Source of the DNA: a virus
Strand: one strand, 5' to 3'
DNA: 64,000 nucleotides
IMG/VR virus record: IMGVR_UViG_3300027754_000044
The notes beneath the pieces are model-generated. The model saw only the letters and a program-made list of their open reading frames with translations, did not search any database and was not told where the DNA came from. The position numbers and the translations under genes were made by a program. Below, in pieces: positions 36,479-46,138 of the stretch. How positions within the stretch are numbered: position 1 is the stretch's first letter; every line of letters begins with the position of its first letter.

Positions 36479-38089
36479 CTAAAATTTATCGAATCTCTCG
36501 CCAAATTCATTAGTATAACTTCTTCCTATAGAATATTCAGTTTCTCCGTCGTCTACAAATCCCGCAGGAAGAAGATCTGATTCCATTTCTTTTATTTTTT
36601 CGTCTGAAAGTCTCTTTCTGATGTCCATATCTGTTAGTTCTTTGAAATACGGTTGTTTCGCTAACCAACCAAACATTACTAACCCCATCACCATATCATC
36701 ATGACATCCTTCTTCTGCTTGATAAGAACTCCCTTTTACGATAAAAGTAGACAGCTCATCTATAGTTTCAAAATCTTGAATAATAAGTTTATTATTTTCG
36801 ATAATATCTTTTATATTTGAACAGCCAATTCTCTTTACCTGCTTAGACATCTTCACGCCATACGTAGTCTTTCCGCCAAACCCTCCAGCAATACGTTGGC
36901 CTCCACGACCTTTAACTGAAGTGCTTAAGATATTTTCATATTCGAGATCGATATTTAAGGTATCTACGACCTGCTGACCGATGTCATTAGTTTCAACCAA
37001 AAGATACGCATCGTTGTAAAATCTTCCGTAGTTGACTAAAATTTCTGGATATAGTAATGGCGCAAGAATATTTGAGCGATATTTGGCTACTTGTTTGAAA
37101 GGAATTCCTGTAACGTCTATAACCGAGAGTGCAGAATAATCTAATTCTGCACCGTGACTCGTATCAGCTGCTATAACGTATACATGTTTTTCTTTTGGAT
37201 ACTCGTATATATCCAATCCCCATTTATCTTTAGTCGGAGTTACGAATGCGAGTTCACGAAGTTTCGTAGGATGAATAAGTGTATGTATGCTACCTAAGAA
37301 CGAACAATTGAACTCTTGGTCGAATTGTTGCTCGCTTGTGTTTCTTATAGTCTGTTTTTTCCACTCCTCATCGCGCCCAGGAATAGAACTCCAATGGACT
37401 TCGATATTGATATAGTCGCTTCGTTTCTGTTCAGAATCAGTCCACATTTTATAGAAGTGATTCATACCGTTTGGTGTAGAAACTATGATAATTTTGGTTG
37501 TCTGACCTGCGCTAATCGTCGGATAGACTGATTGAAAAAATTCATCTGCGATATTTCTAGGAACGAAAGCAAATTCGTCTAGAAAAATCAAAGAATACGA
37601 ACCTCCTCGAATAGCACTGGATGATGTTGCAGCCGCAGTAATTTTAGATCCGTTTTCAAACTCCAAAGATCCTCTATTCCAAGTTGCGACTCCTTGCTGA
37701 ATCCATTTTGGAATATGCTCGTATGTTAGTTTAATTTTGGCTAGAAGTTCATTCGCAAGACGACCCTTATTCGCTAGAATTGCAATGTTTTGATTGTCAT
37801 TGAACAGGGCATTCCAAAGAAGGTATCCTACAACCGTGGTGCTCTTACCACTTTGGCGCGGAAGTTTGCAAATAACGAAACGGTTAGAATGAAACTTCTT
37901 GACCATATCTTTTTGAAAATCCCACATTTTAAATGGAACTAATCCTAAATCGACAGATACGATCTTTACATAGTTTTCAATAAAATATTCTGGGTCTCCA
38001 GAACACCTGATATATTCTTCAAGTTCTTCTTTCGAATAATCTATTTTAACGCCCAGTGTCTTGAGCAAAGGATTTGATGCATTACCCAT
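36479..38089 (-). CDS. gp17: Terminase large subunit
   Basis: PRQSGKST, IFLDEFAF, STPNG.NHFY, F.QEF, HDD.VM. Confidence 0.98.
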   Translation of the reverse strand: MGNASNPLLKTLGVKIDYSKEELEEYIRCSGDPEYFIENYVKIVSVDLGLVPFKMWDFQKDMVKKFHSNRFVICKLPRQSGKSTTVVGYLLWNALFNDNQNIAILANKGRLANELLAKIKLTYEHIPKWIQQGVATWNRGSLEFENGSKITAAATSSSAIRGGSYSLIFLDEFAFVPRNIADEFFQSVYPTISAGQTTKIIIVSTPNGMNHFYKMWTDSEQKRSDYINIEVHWSSIPGRDEEWKKQTIRNTSEQQFDQEFNCSFLGSIHTLIHPTKLRELAFVTPTKDKWGLDIYEYPKEKHVYVIAADTSHGAELDYSALSVIDVTGIPFKQVAKYRSNILAPLLYPEILVNYGRFYNDAYLLVETNDIGQQVVDTLNIDLEYENILSTSVKGRGGQRIAGGFGGKTTYGVKMSKQVKRIGCSNIKDIIENNKLIIQDFETIDELSTFIVKGSSYQAEEGCHDDMVMGLVMFGWLAKQPYFKELTDMDIRKRLSDEKIKEMESDLLPAGFVDDGETEYSIGRSYTNEFGERFDKF

Positions 38090-38100
38090 TGTAATTTTTA

Positions 38101-38152
38101 CCTTGACAATTAGTTATCTTCATGATATAATACAGGTGTTCCGAGGGATCAT
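38101..38152 (+). promoter_or_regulatory. Antisense-oriented sigma70 promoter element, copy 2
   Basis: CCTTGACAATTAG..TATAAT (17-nt spacer) then ACAGGTGTTCCGAGGGATCAT. Confidence 0.75.
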
Positions 38153-38153
38153 A

Positions 38154-38558
38154 CTATAGAAGCGATTTATTTCTATTATTGATCATCTTCTGCAGCTCTG
38201 CAGTATTCCCGACAAACAAATTGTTCTGGATATTAGTATCACCAATAGCAGTTTGATCTATATCTTTTAATTGCTTACGAAGATGGATTAAATCCTTATT
38301 CGCATCAACCAGTGTTTTTATCATCTGAGAAACAACTTCATAAGCTCTAGGGGAATCGCTCGCTCGCGCGAGGAGAATAATATCATCTAGAGCTCCAGTG
38401 CCTTTAGAAATAATTGAATGTATATTTTCTCTAGCTGTTTCGAAGTCTGCTGCTGCATCGTTTTCAACGGATGTAGTTTTAGGTAATTCTACTATTGGTT
38501 TCGAATTGGTTGGTAGATTCAATATTTCTTCCATATTATATTCCAAATTCGTTTTCAT
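38154..38558 (-). CDS. gp16: Terminase small subunit
   Basis: D.E.AR.N, SPRAYEV, NNLFVG.T.ELQK. Confidence 0.93.
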   Translation of the reverse strand: MKTNLEYNMEEILNLPTNSKPIVELPKTTSVENDAAADFETARENIHSIISKGTGALDDIILLARASDSPRAYEVVSQMIKTLVDANKDLIHLRKQLKDIDQTAIGDTNIQNNLFVGNTAELQKMINNRNKSLL

Positions 38559-39508
38559 CCAATATATCCATAAGTTCCGTTTGCATATTGGAACGATCTA
38601 ACTTCATCTACTCCAGTTGCAGGATTGTATTTAAATCCATCAGTATAGAAAAATAAATTCGCAGCTATTCCATAATCGCTATTCGCTGAAATATTTCTGA
38701 AATTAATGGAAAGCGCACTATTACTTGTTGGTGATCCATTCGCAAATTGTGCTGGAGTCAATACTATTCTTTCGGCTCTTCCGCTTCGAGCCATGTCATC
38801 ATCTGTTATTCCTGCAGTGATTCCTCCTAAAGTAGGATCAATCTCATTATTTGCAGCATAAACGATGTTAAGATCGACTTGTGTTCTTTTAATAACTCCT
38901 GCTCTTTTAACAGGACCAAAGAACCAACCTTTCATTGTGAATGTTATAGTATATACTAATGCCCGTCTTGCAATAAAGTCGCCTTCATACGTATCGTCTA
39001 TGGCTACACCAACCAATATAGTCGGAACATCCATCTTAATTCCCATCTCTGGGATCAAGTTAATAGTGTTGTTCCATTCTGGTCCGAAGTATGGAATTAT
39101 TTGCTCGATGATCTGAGCACCATCGTCTGCATTTTTAACAAATATTGAAAGAGTCATATCGATATTATATGGAACTGGAACATACTGATATTTCATTTGT
39201 TTAAGATCTGACGAATTAAAGGCTACGTTTTTAGTTGTAGCTGATAATCTACGAGTTCCGTCGTAAGCTAGACCTGTCATTTCAAAGCCCATTCTGGGTA
39301 ATTGAAGCGCCACGCTCTGATCCAAATTAGCATCTTGTCTTATACGAACTAGCCATTTTTCTTTCGGACCATAGGCAATAGGAACTGCGATTGTTTGGAT
39401 CACTGTTCCTGCAGAATTCAGTCGTTGGACGACCAAATCATTAAACATGTTACCAAAGGCAACAATATATCTGCGAATGGTCTGATTATAAAATTGATTT
39501 CCAAACAT
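38555..39508 (-). CDS. gp15: Tail sheath stabilizer / completion protein
   Basis: FYN..IRR....FG.MFND, VPIAYGPK.K, LPRM.FE, QIIEQI.PYF.P. Confidence 0.95.
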   Translation of the reverse strand: MFGNQFYNQTIRRYIVAFGNMFNDLVVQRLNSAGTVIQTIAVPIAYGPKEKWLVRIRQDANLDQSVALQLPRMGFEMTGLAYDGTRRLSATTKNVAFNSSDLKQMKYQYVPVPYNIDMTLSIFVKNADDGAQIIEQIIPYFGPEWNNTINLIPEMGIKMDVPTILVGVAIDDTYEGDFIARRALVYTITFTMKGWFFGPVKRAGVIKRTQVDLNIVYAANNEIDPTLGGITAGITDDDMARSGRAERIVLTPAQFANGSPTSNSALSINFRNISANSDYGIAANLFFYTDGFKYNPATGVDEVRSFQYANGTYGYIG

Positions 39509-39510
39509 AA

Positions 39511-40347
39511 TTAATATCGATCCGTTTCTGAAAAAGGATTTCTCTCGGAAAAATCTATATAGAGAGTCGATTGCTGCTGAATATATTCATTATTAGCAGA
39601 CGCATCTGTCGCCGACATTTGATATTCTTGAATAATGAAACCATCATCTTCGTTTAACAATACGCCAGTACCATCTTGAAGTGTAATTTGAAATAATAAC
39701 AAATCTGAATTATATCGTGCGCCGATAGCATCGATCGCTGTGTTTCCAGTCTGTAGACCTTTTCCACCAATACGTTCAAACAACTCACAAGTTAGATCGT
39801 ATGTGTATAATTTTCCATGTGGATAAAATATGGCTTCATGTTCTACAAATTTTATCTCATACAGCTTACTTGTTAGTGGGAAAAATATTAAATCTCCCTC
39901 GAAAGGTCGTGTTGATGCAATTGAATATCCATTGGCAGTTCCCGACTCTAATCGGAATGAGTCGGTATTTAAATATGCTCCAGTATTAGCAGTTTCTACT
40001 TGATAGTTGTATCCAATTTCATCGAGCAATTTTTCATTTGCTATTTGACCCCATCTTTTTTTAGAGACCGTGAATGTGATTTGATCTCGAATTTCAAGGT
40101 TAAATTTGGAAAGAAAATCTCCCTCTCCCTCAAAACCTTGAGTGTTCTTGATATACATTTCTAAGTCAATTGCGTTACTGAACGTAGACAACACATCTTC
40201 GCCAAGAAGAATGTCCTCTTTCACAAGGGTTCTTGGAAGATATTTCACATCCATGCCATACATCTTTATCGACTCTACAATAAGATCGTCCATGACGTCT
40301 TGTTCACGAACATACGTGAACGGTCGAAAAAATTTATTTGTCGTCAT
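39511..40347 (-). CDS. gp14: Neck protein
   Basis: EQ..MDDL..ESIKMYG.DV.YLPR, LSKF.LEIRD, RP.EGDLI.FP, DFSE.NPF. Confidence 0.95.
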   Translation of the reverse strand: MTTNKFFRPFTYVREQDVMDDLIVESIKMYGMDVKYLPRTLVKEDILLGEDVLSTFSNAIDLEMYIKNTQGFEGEGDFLSKFNLEIRDQITFTVSKKRWGQIANEKLLDEIGYNYQVETANTGAYLNTDSFRLESGTANGYSIASTRPFEGDLIFFPLTSKLYEIKFVEHEAIFYPHGKLYTYDLTCELFERIGGKGLQTGNTAIDAIGARYNSDLLLFQITLQDGTGVLLNEDDGFIIQEYQMSATDASANNEYIQQQSTLYIDFSERNPFSETDRY

Positions 40348-40358
40348 AAAAGTATATT

Positions 40359-41102
40359 CTATCCGACCATATCAAAGACAGGTAATGACTGTGAACTTAA
40401 CATGGTATCTTCTAATCTTTGAATCTCTTCGTTTGCATCCTGCAAAATTGCTCTTCCATTGAAAGTTATTCCGCCTGGAAGTTGCATGCCTTCAAATTTT
40501 GATAGATTCATTCCCCATTGACGTTTAATTAAAGCTGTAGCGTATTTGAGTAAAAATATATCAGAATAAACGTCTGTGTATGTCTCTGGATCTATTGTTC
40601 CATAACAATCTACAATAATGTATTGACCAGCCATTACATCCGATGCCCAATCTAGATCTAAAAATAATTTATCCATATGGCGACTGTATCGTATGGGTTT
40701 TTTACCGTTGAAAGTTTCTTCCAATGTTTCAACATGACGCATGGCCATAACATATGCAGCAGATGCTGAATTAGAAAAGTCAAATAGATCGTTTAGATGC
40801 ATCTGATATCTGATATTAAACAATCCGTTGATATTGGAGTTTCCGCCAGTAGCAAATATTGAAGTTACAGATTGAACTGATTCTGGAAGCGTTACATATC
40901 TATTTGTAATATCCGCTTCGGTCATCAAATACGATAGGTATAGATGCTCAGTTCCGTCGTAATGATAATCGCGATAGTAAGCCAAAGCATCGTCGATTCG
41001 ATCTTGAATTTGATCCTCATCTACGTTGATATCGATAACTGGATATCCTAGTCTACGCAGGCAATACTCCTTAAATTCTTTTCTTGATACAGGAAGTGCC
41101 AT
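40359..41102 (-). CDS. gp13: Neck protein
   Basis: YCLRRLG.PVIDINV..DQ..DRID, KY.TALIK.QWG.NL.KF, LPGG; TATAAATA at 41130-41137. Confidence 0.96.
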   Translation of the reverse strand: MALPVSRKEFKEYCLRRLGYPVIDINVDEDQIQDRIDDALAYYRDYHYDGTEHLYLSYLMTEADITNRYVTLPESVQSVTSIFATGGNSNINGLFNIRYQMHLNDLFDFSNSASAAYVMAMRHVETLEETFNGKKPIRYSRHMDKLFLDLDWASDVMAGQYIIVDCYGTIDPETYTDVYSDIFLLKYATALIKRQWGMNLSKFEGMQLPGGITFNGRAILQDANEEIQRLEDTMLSSQSLPVFDMVG

Positions 41103-41138
41103 AGTAGCTCCATAATTGTATTTATGACCTATTTATAA

Positions 41139-41843
41139 TTAAAATACCCTCCAGTTTGATATTGGCTGAGTTCCTGTTGGATTCGATGAAATATCACGAT
41201 AGCATATAATAAAATCTCCAGCTAGGCATATTCTTTGTTGAAATAATTCGTCTTCGTCAAATGCTTCAACGATCGTTTCTGTTTCTGAATCAAATCCTAC
41301 GTTGTCGTGTTTTAATTTTCCAGGAAAAACAAAAAGATCGCCTTCTTTCACATTTTGTGTCCACGTGGCTGCATTGAATTGATTAAAATTATTATTGCAG
41401 TTCCAATGAGACATCTCAAAATACAAATCATTCATATTTCCATATTTTCTGTGAAATCTTAGAGGTCTATCGAGTCCTTTTGGAATATTAATGTAGTATG
41501 TGAAAACAACATGCGCGTCACCATGACTATGAATATTGGATTTAGTTCCAGAAACACTCAGCCACGATTTTACGAGAAATAGATCATACAATTGATCGTC
41601 TACGTTCATTGATCGTATATACTCTCTGGCGCAATCTGATGCGAAACGAAATATTGGAGAATATGAATCTACAGTATGCAGACTTACATGCTTCGTATTT
41701 TCACCAACGCCAATGACACTAGGAGTAGTTCCATTATTTCTAATATAATCAAAGATCGTCTTTTTAAATTGATCTTTGAATATATCATGATCCGGAAATT
41801 TCCACTCGCCGTATAATGTTGGAAATATTTCATGCTTTATCAT
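41139..41843 (-). CDS. Putative 2OG-Fe(II) oxygenase (TIGR02466-like)
   Basis: IFPT start, KSW, HSH, YY, EGDL.VFP..L.H, RI.LAG. Confidence 0.75.
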   Translation of the reverse strand: MIKHEIFPTLYGEWKFPDHDIFKDQFKKTIFDYIRNNGTTPSVIGVGENTKHVSLHTVDSYSPIFRFASDCAREYIRSMNVDDQLYDLFLVKSWLSVSGTKSNIHSHGDAHVVFTYYINIPKGLDRPLRFHRKYGNMNDLYFEMSHWNCNNNFNQFNAATWTQNVKEGDLFVFPGKLKHDNVGFDSETETIVEAFDEDELFQQRICLAGDFIICYRDISSNPTGTQPISNWRVF

Positions 41844-41857
41844 AATATAAGATTTTG

Positions 41858-42211
41858 TTATGTAGTTTTTATTACATCAATATTATGAATTTTGTAATAT
41901 TCTAGTTTTTCTAAACTAAAAGTTTTTCTGACTGCATCATTATCCCATTTTAAGCAAGATTCTTGATTTGCAAAGGTTACTGTTACCACTCGCACAGTTG
42001 ATGTATTTGAAGAACAAATTTGATTATTAGAATTTTTAAATTCGACGGTATTAGATAAAATCAAACCTGTATCAACATAATATTTTTTTCTATATTCAAA
42101 AATATTTTTATAGTCAGAATTTGAATCAAAAAACATCCACCTAAATGATAGAGAGCAATTTGCTGGTTTGGTTTCTGTTATAACCTTAACGTATGGCATA
42201 TATGACTCCAT
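41858..42211 (-). CDS. Hypothetical protein
   Basis: AT-rich ORF with its own late promoter. Confidence 0.6.
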   Translation of the reverse strand: MESYMPYVKVITETKPANCSLSFRWMFFDSNSDYKNIFEYRKKYYVDTGLILSNTVEFKNSNNQICSSNTSTVRVVTVTFANQESCLKWDNDAVRKTFSLEKLEYYKIHNIDVIKTT

Positions 42212-42220
42212 TTTATGACC

Positions 42221-42238
42221 TATAAATAACTATTTATA
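42221..42238. promoter_or_regulatory. Palindromic pair of late promoters
   Basis: TATAAATA-AC-TATTTATA between divergent genes. Confidence 0.8.
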
Positions 42239-42259
42239 ACGAGTGTAACGATAAATAAA

Positions 42260-43084
42260 ATGATAATTAGTGAAAACAATTGGATTAATGACAATATTTT
42301 TTCGGAAAGAATGACAGAAAATTATGAAGTAAACATGAAACCGTATCCATTCAAGCCCTTAAAATTTTATGATGCTGCTCAGCAGGCAGCGATAAATATA
42401 TCAAAAAAATATAAAAATCTTTATGTAGGATTAAGCGGTGGTATTGATTCGGAATATGTATTAGTATGTTTTCATAAATTAAAAATTCCAATAATTCCTC
42501 TGATCGTTTTGTGCGAAGGAAATGAGGAAGAAACAAAATACGCATTTAAAATATGCAAAAAACTGGAAATAAAACCAAAAGTCATTGAATGTTCAAATAT
42601 TCAAATTATAGACATATGCATTAATTTTATATTCAAAAAAATAAATGGTATAGGATTTGAGTCTGCAACTAGAGTTTTCGCTGCACAATATGTTAAAAAT
42701 AACAATGGAACTTTAATTTGTGGTGACCATGTTCTTGGAGATGGTGATGAAAACTTGATAAAGGATAGCGAATATTCTATGAATGAATATGATGGATATA
42801 ATTCAGCGCATTATGGGGATGAAATTGGATTTTATTTGTATACTCCTGAACTCACGTATTCTATGATTAGTGGAAATACTTTAGACGGCGAAAATATGAG
42901 CTGGAAAGAGTATAAATCTAAATTATTTGGATTAGAAATGAGAGAGAAAATTTGTTACAATTATCCAGAAAAAATTAAAAAAATAAATCAACTTTTAATT
43001 AGAAAAACAAAAACTAACGCAGGAAAGCGTTGGAAAAAAAATGAGATTCTTGATATATTTAAACCATATATAATGCAACTATAA
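42260..43084 (+). CDS. PP-loop (adenine nucleotide alpha-hydrolase / asparagine-synthase-like) protein, paralogue 1
   Basis: LYVGLSGGIDSE. Confidence 0.7.
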   Translation: MIISENNWINDNIFSERMTENYEVNMKPYPFKPLKFYDAAQQAAINISKKYKNLYVGLSGGIDSEYVLVCFHKLKIPIIPLIVLCEGNEEETKYAFKICKKLEIKPKVIECSNIQIIDICINFIFKKINGIGFESATRVFAAQYVKNNNGTLICGDHVLGDGDENLIKDSEYSMNEYDGYNSAHYGDEIGFYLYTPELTYSMISGNTLDGENMSWKEYKSKLFGLEMREKICYNYPEKIKKINQLLIRKTKTNAGKRWKKNEILDIFKPYIMQL

Positions 43085-43106
43085 ATAATTAATTATAACG
43101 ATTCGG

Positions 43107-43994
43107 ATGCATATGATAATTAGTGAAAATAATTGGATGATTGATAATTTTACGTCCACAGGACTTACATCAGATTACGATATAACATTTAATTTATATT
43201 CATTCAAACCATTAAATTTTTATTTAGCTTCTGAACAAGCAGCAATTAAATTATCAGAAAAATATAAAAATCTTTATGTGGGATTGAGTGGTGGTATTGA
43301 TTCGGAATATGTATTGTTCTGTTTTCATAAATTAAAAATTCCAATAATTCCTCTGATCATATTATGTGAAGGAAATGAGGAAGAAACAAAATACGCATTT
43401 AAAATATGCAAAAAATTAAATATTATTCCTAAAGTTATAACTTGCTCAAATTATGAAATTTTGGATATATGTGTAAATTTCATATATAAAAAAATGAATG
43501 GTGTAGGATTTGAGTCTGCAACAAGAGCGCATGCAATGCATTATGTTAAAAACAATGGTGGAACTTTGATCTGCGGGGATAGTATTATAGGTGATGGTAA
43601 TAGGTTAATAAGAGATAGTGAATATACTATGGATGAATGGGCTGGGTATTTTGGATACGAGATTGGATTTTTTACATACACTCCAGAACTTACATATTCC
43701 ATGATTAGCGGAAATACTTTAGACGGCGAAAATATGAGCTGGAAAGAGTATAAATCTAAATTATTTGGATTAGAAATGAGGGATAAGATGAGATACATAT
43801 ATCCAAAAAATAATCAAAAGATTATTGAATCTATGTATAGAGTTGATCCGATCGAGCAAAAAAGACTCAATCATCTGCGTTCTCTAGGCATTCAAGTGCA
43901 ACATACGCCACTTTCAACAAATAATAATTTTAAAACTGGAATAAAATGGAAAAAAAATGAGATTCTTGATATATTTAAACCATATCTAATATGA
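43107..43994 (+). CDS. PP-loop protein, paralogue 2 (tandem duplicate)
   Basis: LYVGLSGGIDSE; long DNA blocks identical to paralogue 1; TATAAATA at 43080-43087. Confidence 0.7.
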   Translation: MHMIISENNWMIDNFTSTGLTSDYDITFNLYSFKPLNFYLASEQAAIKLSEKYKNLYVGLSGGIDSEYVLFCFHKLKIPIIPLIILCEGNEEETKYAFKICKKLNIIPKVITCSNYEILDICVNFIYKKMNGVGFESATRAHAMHYVKNNGGTLICGDSIIGDGNRLIRDSEYTMDEWAGYFGYEIGFFTYTPELTYSMISGNTLDGENMSWKEYKSKLFGLEMRDKMRYIYPKNNQKIIESMYRVDPIEQKRLNHLRSLGIQVQHTPLSTNNNFKTGIKWKKNEILDIFKPYLI

Positions 43995-45106
43995 ATTCTA
44001 ACATTCAAATATATTCACCAGATAAATTTGGTTTTTATCAAGTTGGCGAATATAAAAGTTATAGCAAAATAGAAGCAATAGAATATTCTTTGAAGAGCAA
44101 AATAAATGTTCATTGGAATTTCAATGATGAAGTATTTTCAAAAGTAGACTTTTCAAAAGCTCCGGATATTTCTTTGAGTGACTTGTATAAATTAAGATGT
44201 CAGCAAATTAGAAATTCTTATGACTACGTTGTTTTATTTTATAGTGGTGGGTCTGATAGTCACAATATGTTGATGCATTGGATCGAATCTGGATGTAAAA
44301 TAGACGAAGTGGCTATTTTAATATCATACGATGGATCTAAAGAAAAATATGATTACGCGAATGCTGAACAATTTCGCGTTTCTATTCCTAATACTATAGA
44401 ACTTTCAAAAAAACACAATTTCGATTACAGGATAATAGATTTTTCAAAATACGTTATGGATTATTTATCTAACGGTGAAATAATATACGACATGAATTAT
44501 CATCTTTCACCTAACAATATAGCAAAATCTTTACTAAGAAGTAAAATAGACGCATGGAAAGATTTGATTTTATCTGGTAAAAAAGTATGTTTCGTTTGGG
44601 GACATGATAAGATTAGTCTATTCCCTGAAAAAAATGGAAAAATGACTTTAAAATTTATGGATCAGCTAGATAATCTAGTATCTCCGATAACGCAAAGAAA
44701 TTACAGCAATGGGTGGTACGATGAATTTTTTTATCATTCTCCCGATTTTCCTGAGATTATGAAAAAGCAAATCGACATAATTAAAAAGTTTTTAGATATA
44801 AAAACTGGAAGCGTTTTTAATTTATTATTATATTACCAGCAAAAGAATAATTATAGAGGATATTCTCGTAGATTAAATATGTATCTTTCTGACGACGGAT
44901 ACAGGAAACTTCTATATCCATATTGGGATTCTAATACATTTTCTTATGGTAAATCCCCATCTACTTCGAAATCTAGAATCGACAATTGGATATGGAATGG
45001 GAATATGCCACAAAAGGATATATTTTTATCTCAACATGAAATATTCCAATCAAAATTTGCCTCGCTTCCTGTTAATATTTCTAGAAAAAAATATGAAATT
45101 ATTTAA
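43991..45106 (+). CDS. PP-loop protein, divergent third member
   Basis: R..QIR..YDYVVLFYSGGSDSHN, IDEV, G.DK, EFFY.SPD.P. Confidence 0.7.
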   Translation: MNSNIQIYSPDKFGFYQVGEYKSYSKIEAIEYSLKSKINVHWNFNDEVFSKVDFSKAPDISLSDLYKLRCQQIRNSYDYVVLFYSGGSDSHNMLMHWIESGCKIDEVAILISYDGSKEKYDYANAEQFRVSIPNTIELSKKHNFDYRIIDFSKYVMDYLSNGEIIYDMNYHLSPNNIAKSLLRSKIDAWKDLILSGKKVCFVWGHDKISLFPEKNGKMTLKFMDQLDNLVSPITQRNYSNGWYDEFFYHSPDFPEIMKKQIDIIKKFLDIKTGSVFNLLLYYQQKNNYRGYSRRLNMYLSDDGYRKLLYPYWDSNTFSYGKSPSTSKSRIDNWIWNGNMPQKDIFLSQHEIFQSKFASLPVNISRKKYEII

Positions 45107-45587
45107 GAGAAAATAGATCAATTTCAGATGTTGAAATCGTTTCTAATATATTTTGGGATTCCTGAATTGTTTTTATTAAGGATGCTTTTTTTACAAGAAA
45201 TGAATTTCTTTTAATTTCAAATTCTGAAATACTAGTTTCAGAATCAACGATCGTTTTAAACAGGATACTGCATTCTATCGGAAATCTATCATTAAGAAAA
45301 TTTATCATTCTTTGTTTTATCAGTATTTCTGATTGATCGTCGACCTTAGATATCTTACCAGTTGCTGAAAATGTAGAATGATTAAGAACATATGTGTTAT
45401 CAAATTTTGATACACCGTCCATATTTATTTTATTTTTTAATAAATCATACAATAAATTCGGATTAATTTCATTTTCCACATAATATAATCTAGAGATATC
45501 ATAATCTTTTGTAACGTCCATTTCAGAAATATATTCTAAAATATTTTTATTTTCATCTAGATACAATAACTTTACAATCTGTGTCAT
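45099..45587 (-). CDS. Hypothetical protein
   Basis: ATGA-coupled to the upstream oxygenase. Confidence 0.55.
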   Translation of the reverse strand: MTQIVKLLYLDENKNILEYISEMDVTKDYDISRLYYVENEINPNLLYDLLKNKINMDGVSKFDNTYVLNHSTFSATGKISKVDDQSEILIKQRMINFLNDRFPIECSILFKTIVDSETSISEFEIKRNSFLVKKASLIKTIQESQNILETISTSEIDLFSLK

Positions 45588-46138
45588 CTGAATCGCTCCC
45601 CTGTAAACCAATTAACCAGTGAGTATCTTGTGCCCTTTGTCACTGGTGTTACTCTATGTTTTAGAAAAGACGGAAAGACTACAATAGACCCCTGTGGTCT
45701 AGAATCTGGAACTATTCCGTTCTCAAATTCAAAATTTCCGCCTTCATAATCATCTGGATTAGTGATGCTTATGGTCATACTCAATTTTCTCATATCATTC
45801 TGAAATCCAAAAGAATCTTCATGAAAATCGTAAAACTCATCGTTATCGTATATAGTGAACTGTGGCGCCTGCTGCCCGGTTATAGAAAAATTCCAACCAC
45901 TATTTTGATTCGCATAGGCCATGTATCTCCAAGATATAGCAGAAACCCAATCAGTAGGATCAAAAAAACCTACTTTAGATTTTCTTGTTTTTTCATCTAT
46001 ACATCCTTCAGCATTATCGCTCTGACCGCCAACTTTTCCAGAAGTCAATTCTAATTTTTTTCCTTCAGTAATAATTGCTTCGCAAACAGAAACTGGTATG
46101 ATACCTTGCCATGACCACCACATCGGATCAATCATCAT
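45584..46138 (-). CDS. 2OG-Fe(II) oxygenase, prolyl-4-hydroxylase/PiuC-like
   Basis: QFT.Y, YDFHED (HxD), RKLS, YEGG, FPSF..HRV.PVT.G.RYSLV.W. Confidence 0.9.
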   Translation of the reverse strand: MMIDPMWWSWQGIIPVSVCEAIITEGKKLELTSGKVGGQSDNAEGCIDEKTRKSKVGFFDPTDWVSAISWRYMAYANQNSGWNFSITGQQAPQFTIYDNDEFYDFHEDSFGFQNDMRKLSMTISITNPDDYEGGNFEFENGIVPDSRPQGSIVVFPSFLKHRVTPVTKGTRYSLVNWFTGERFR

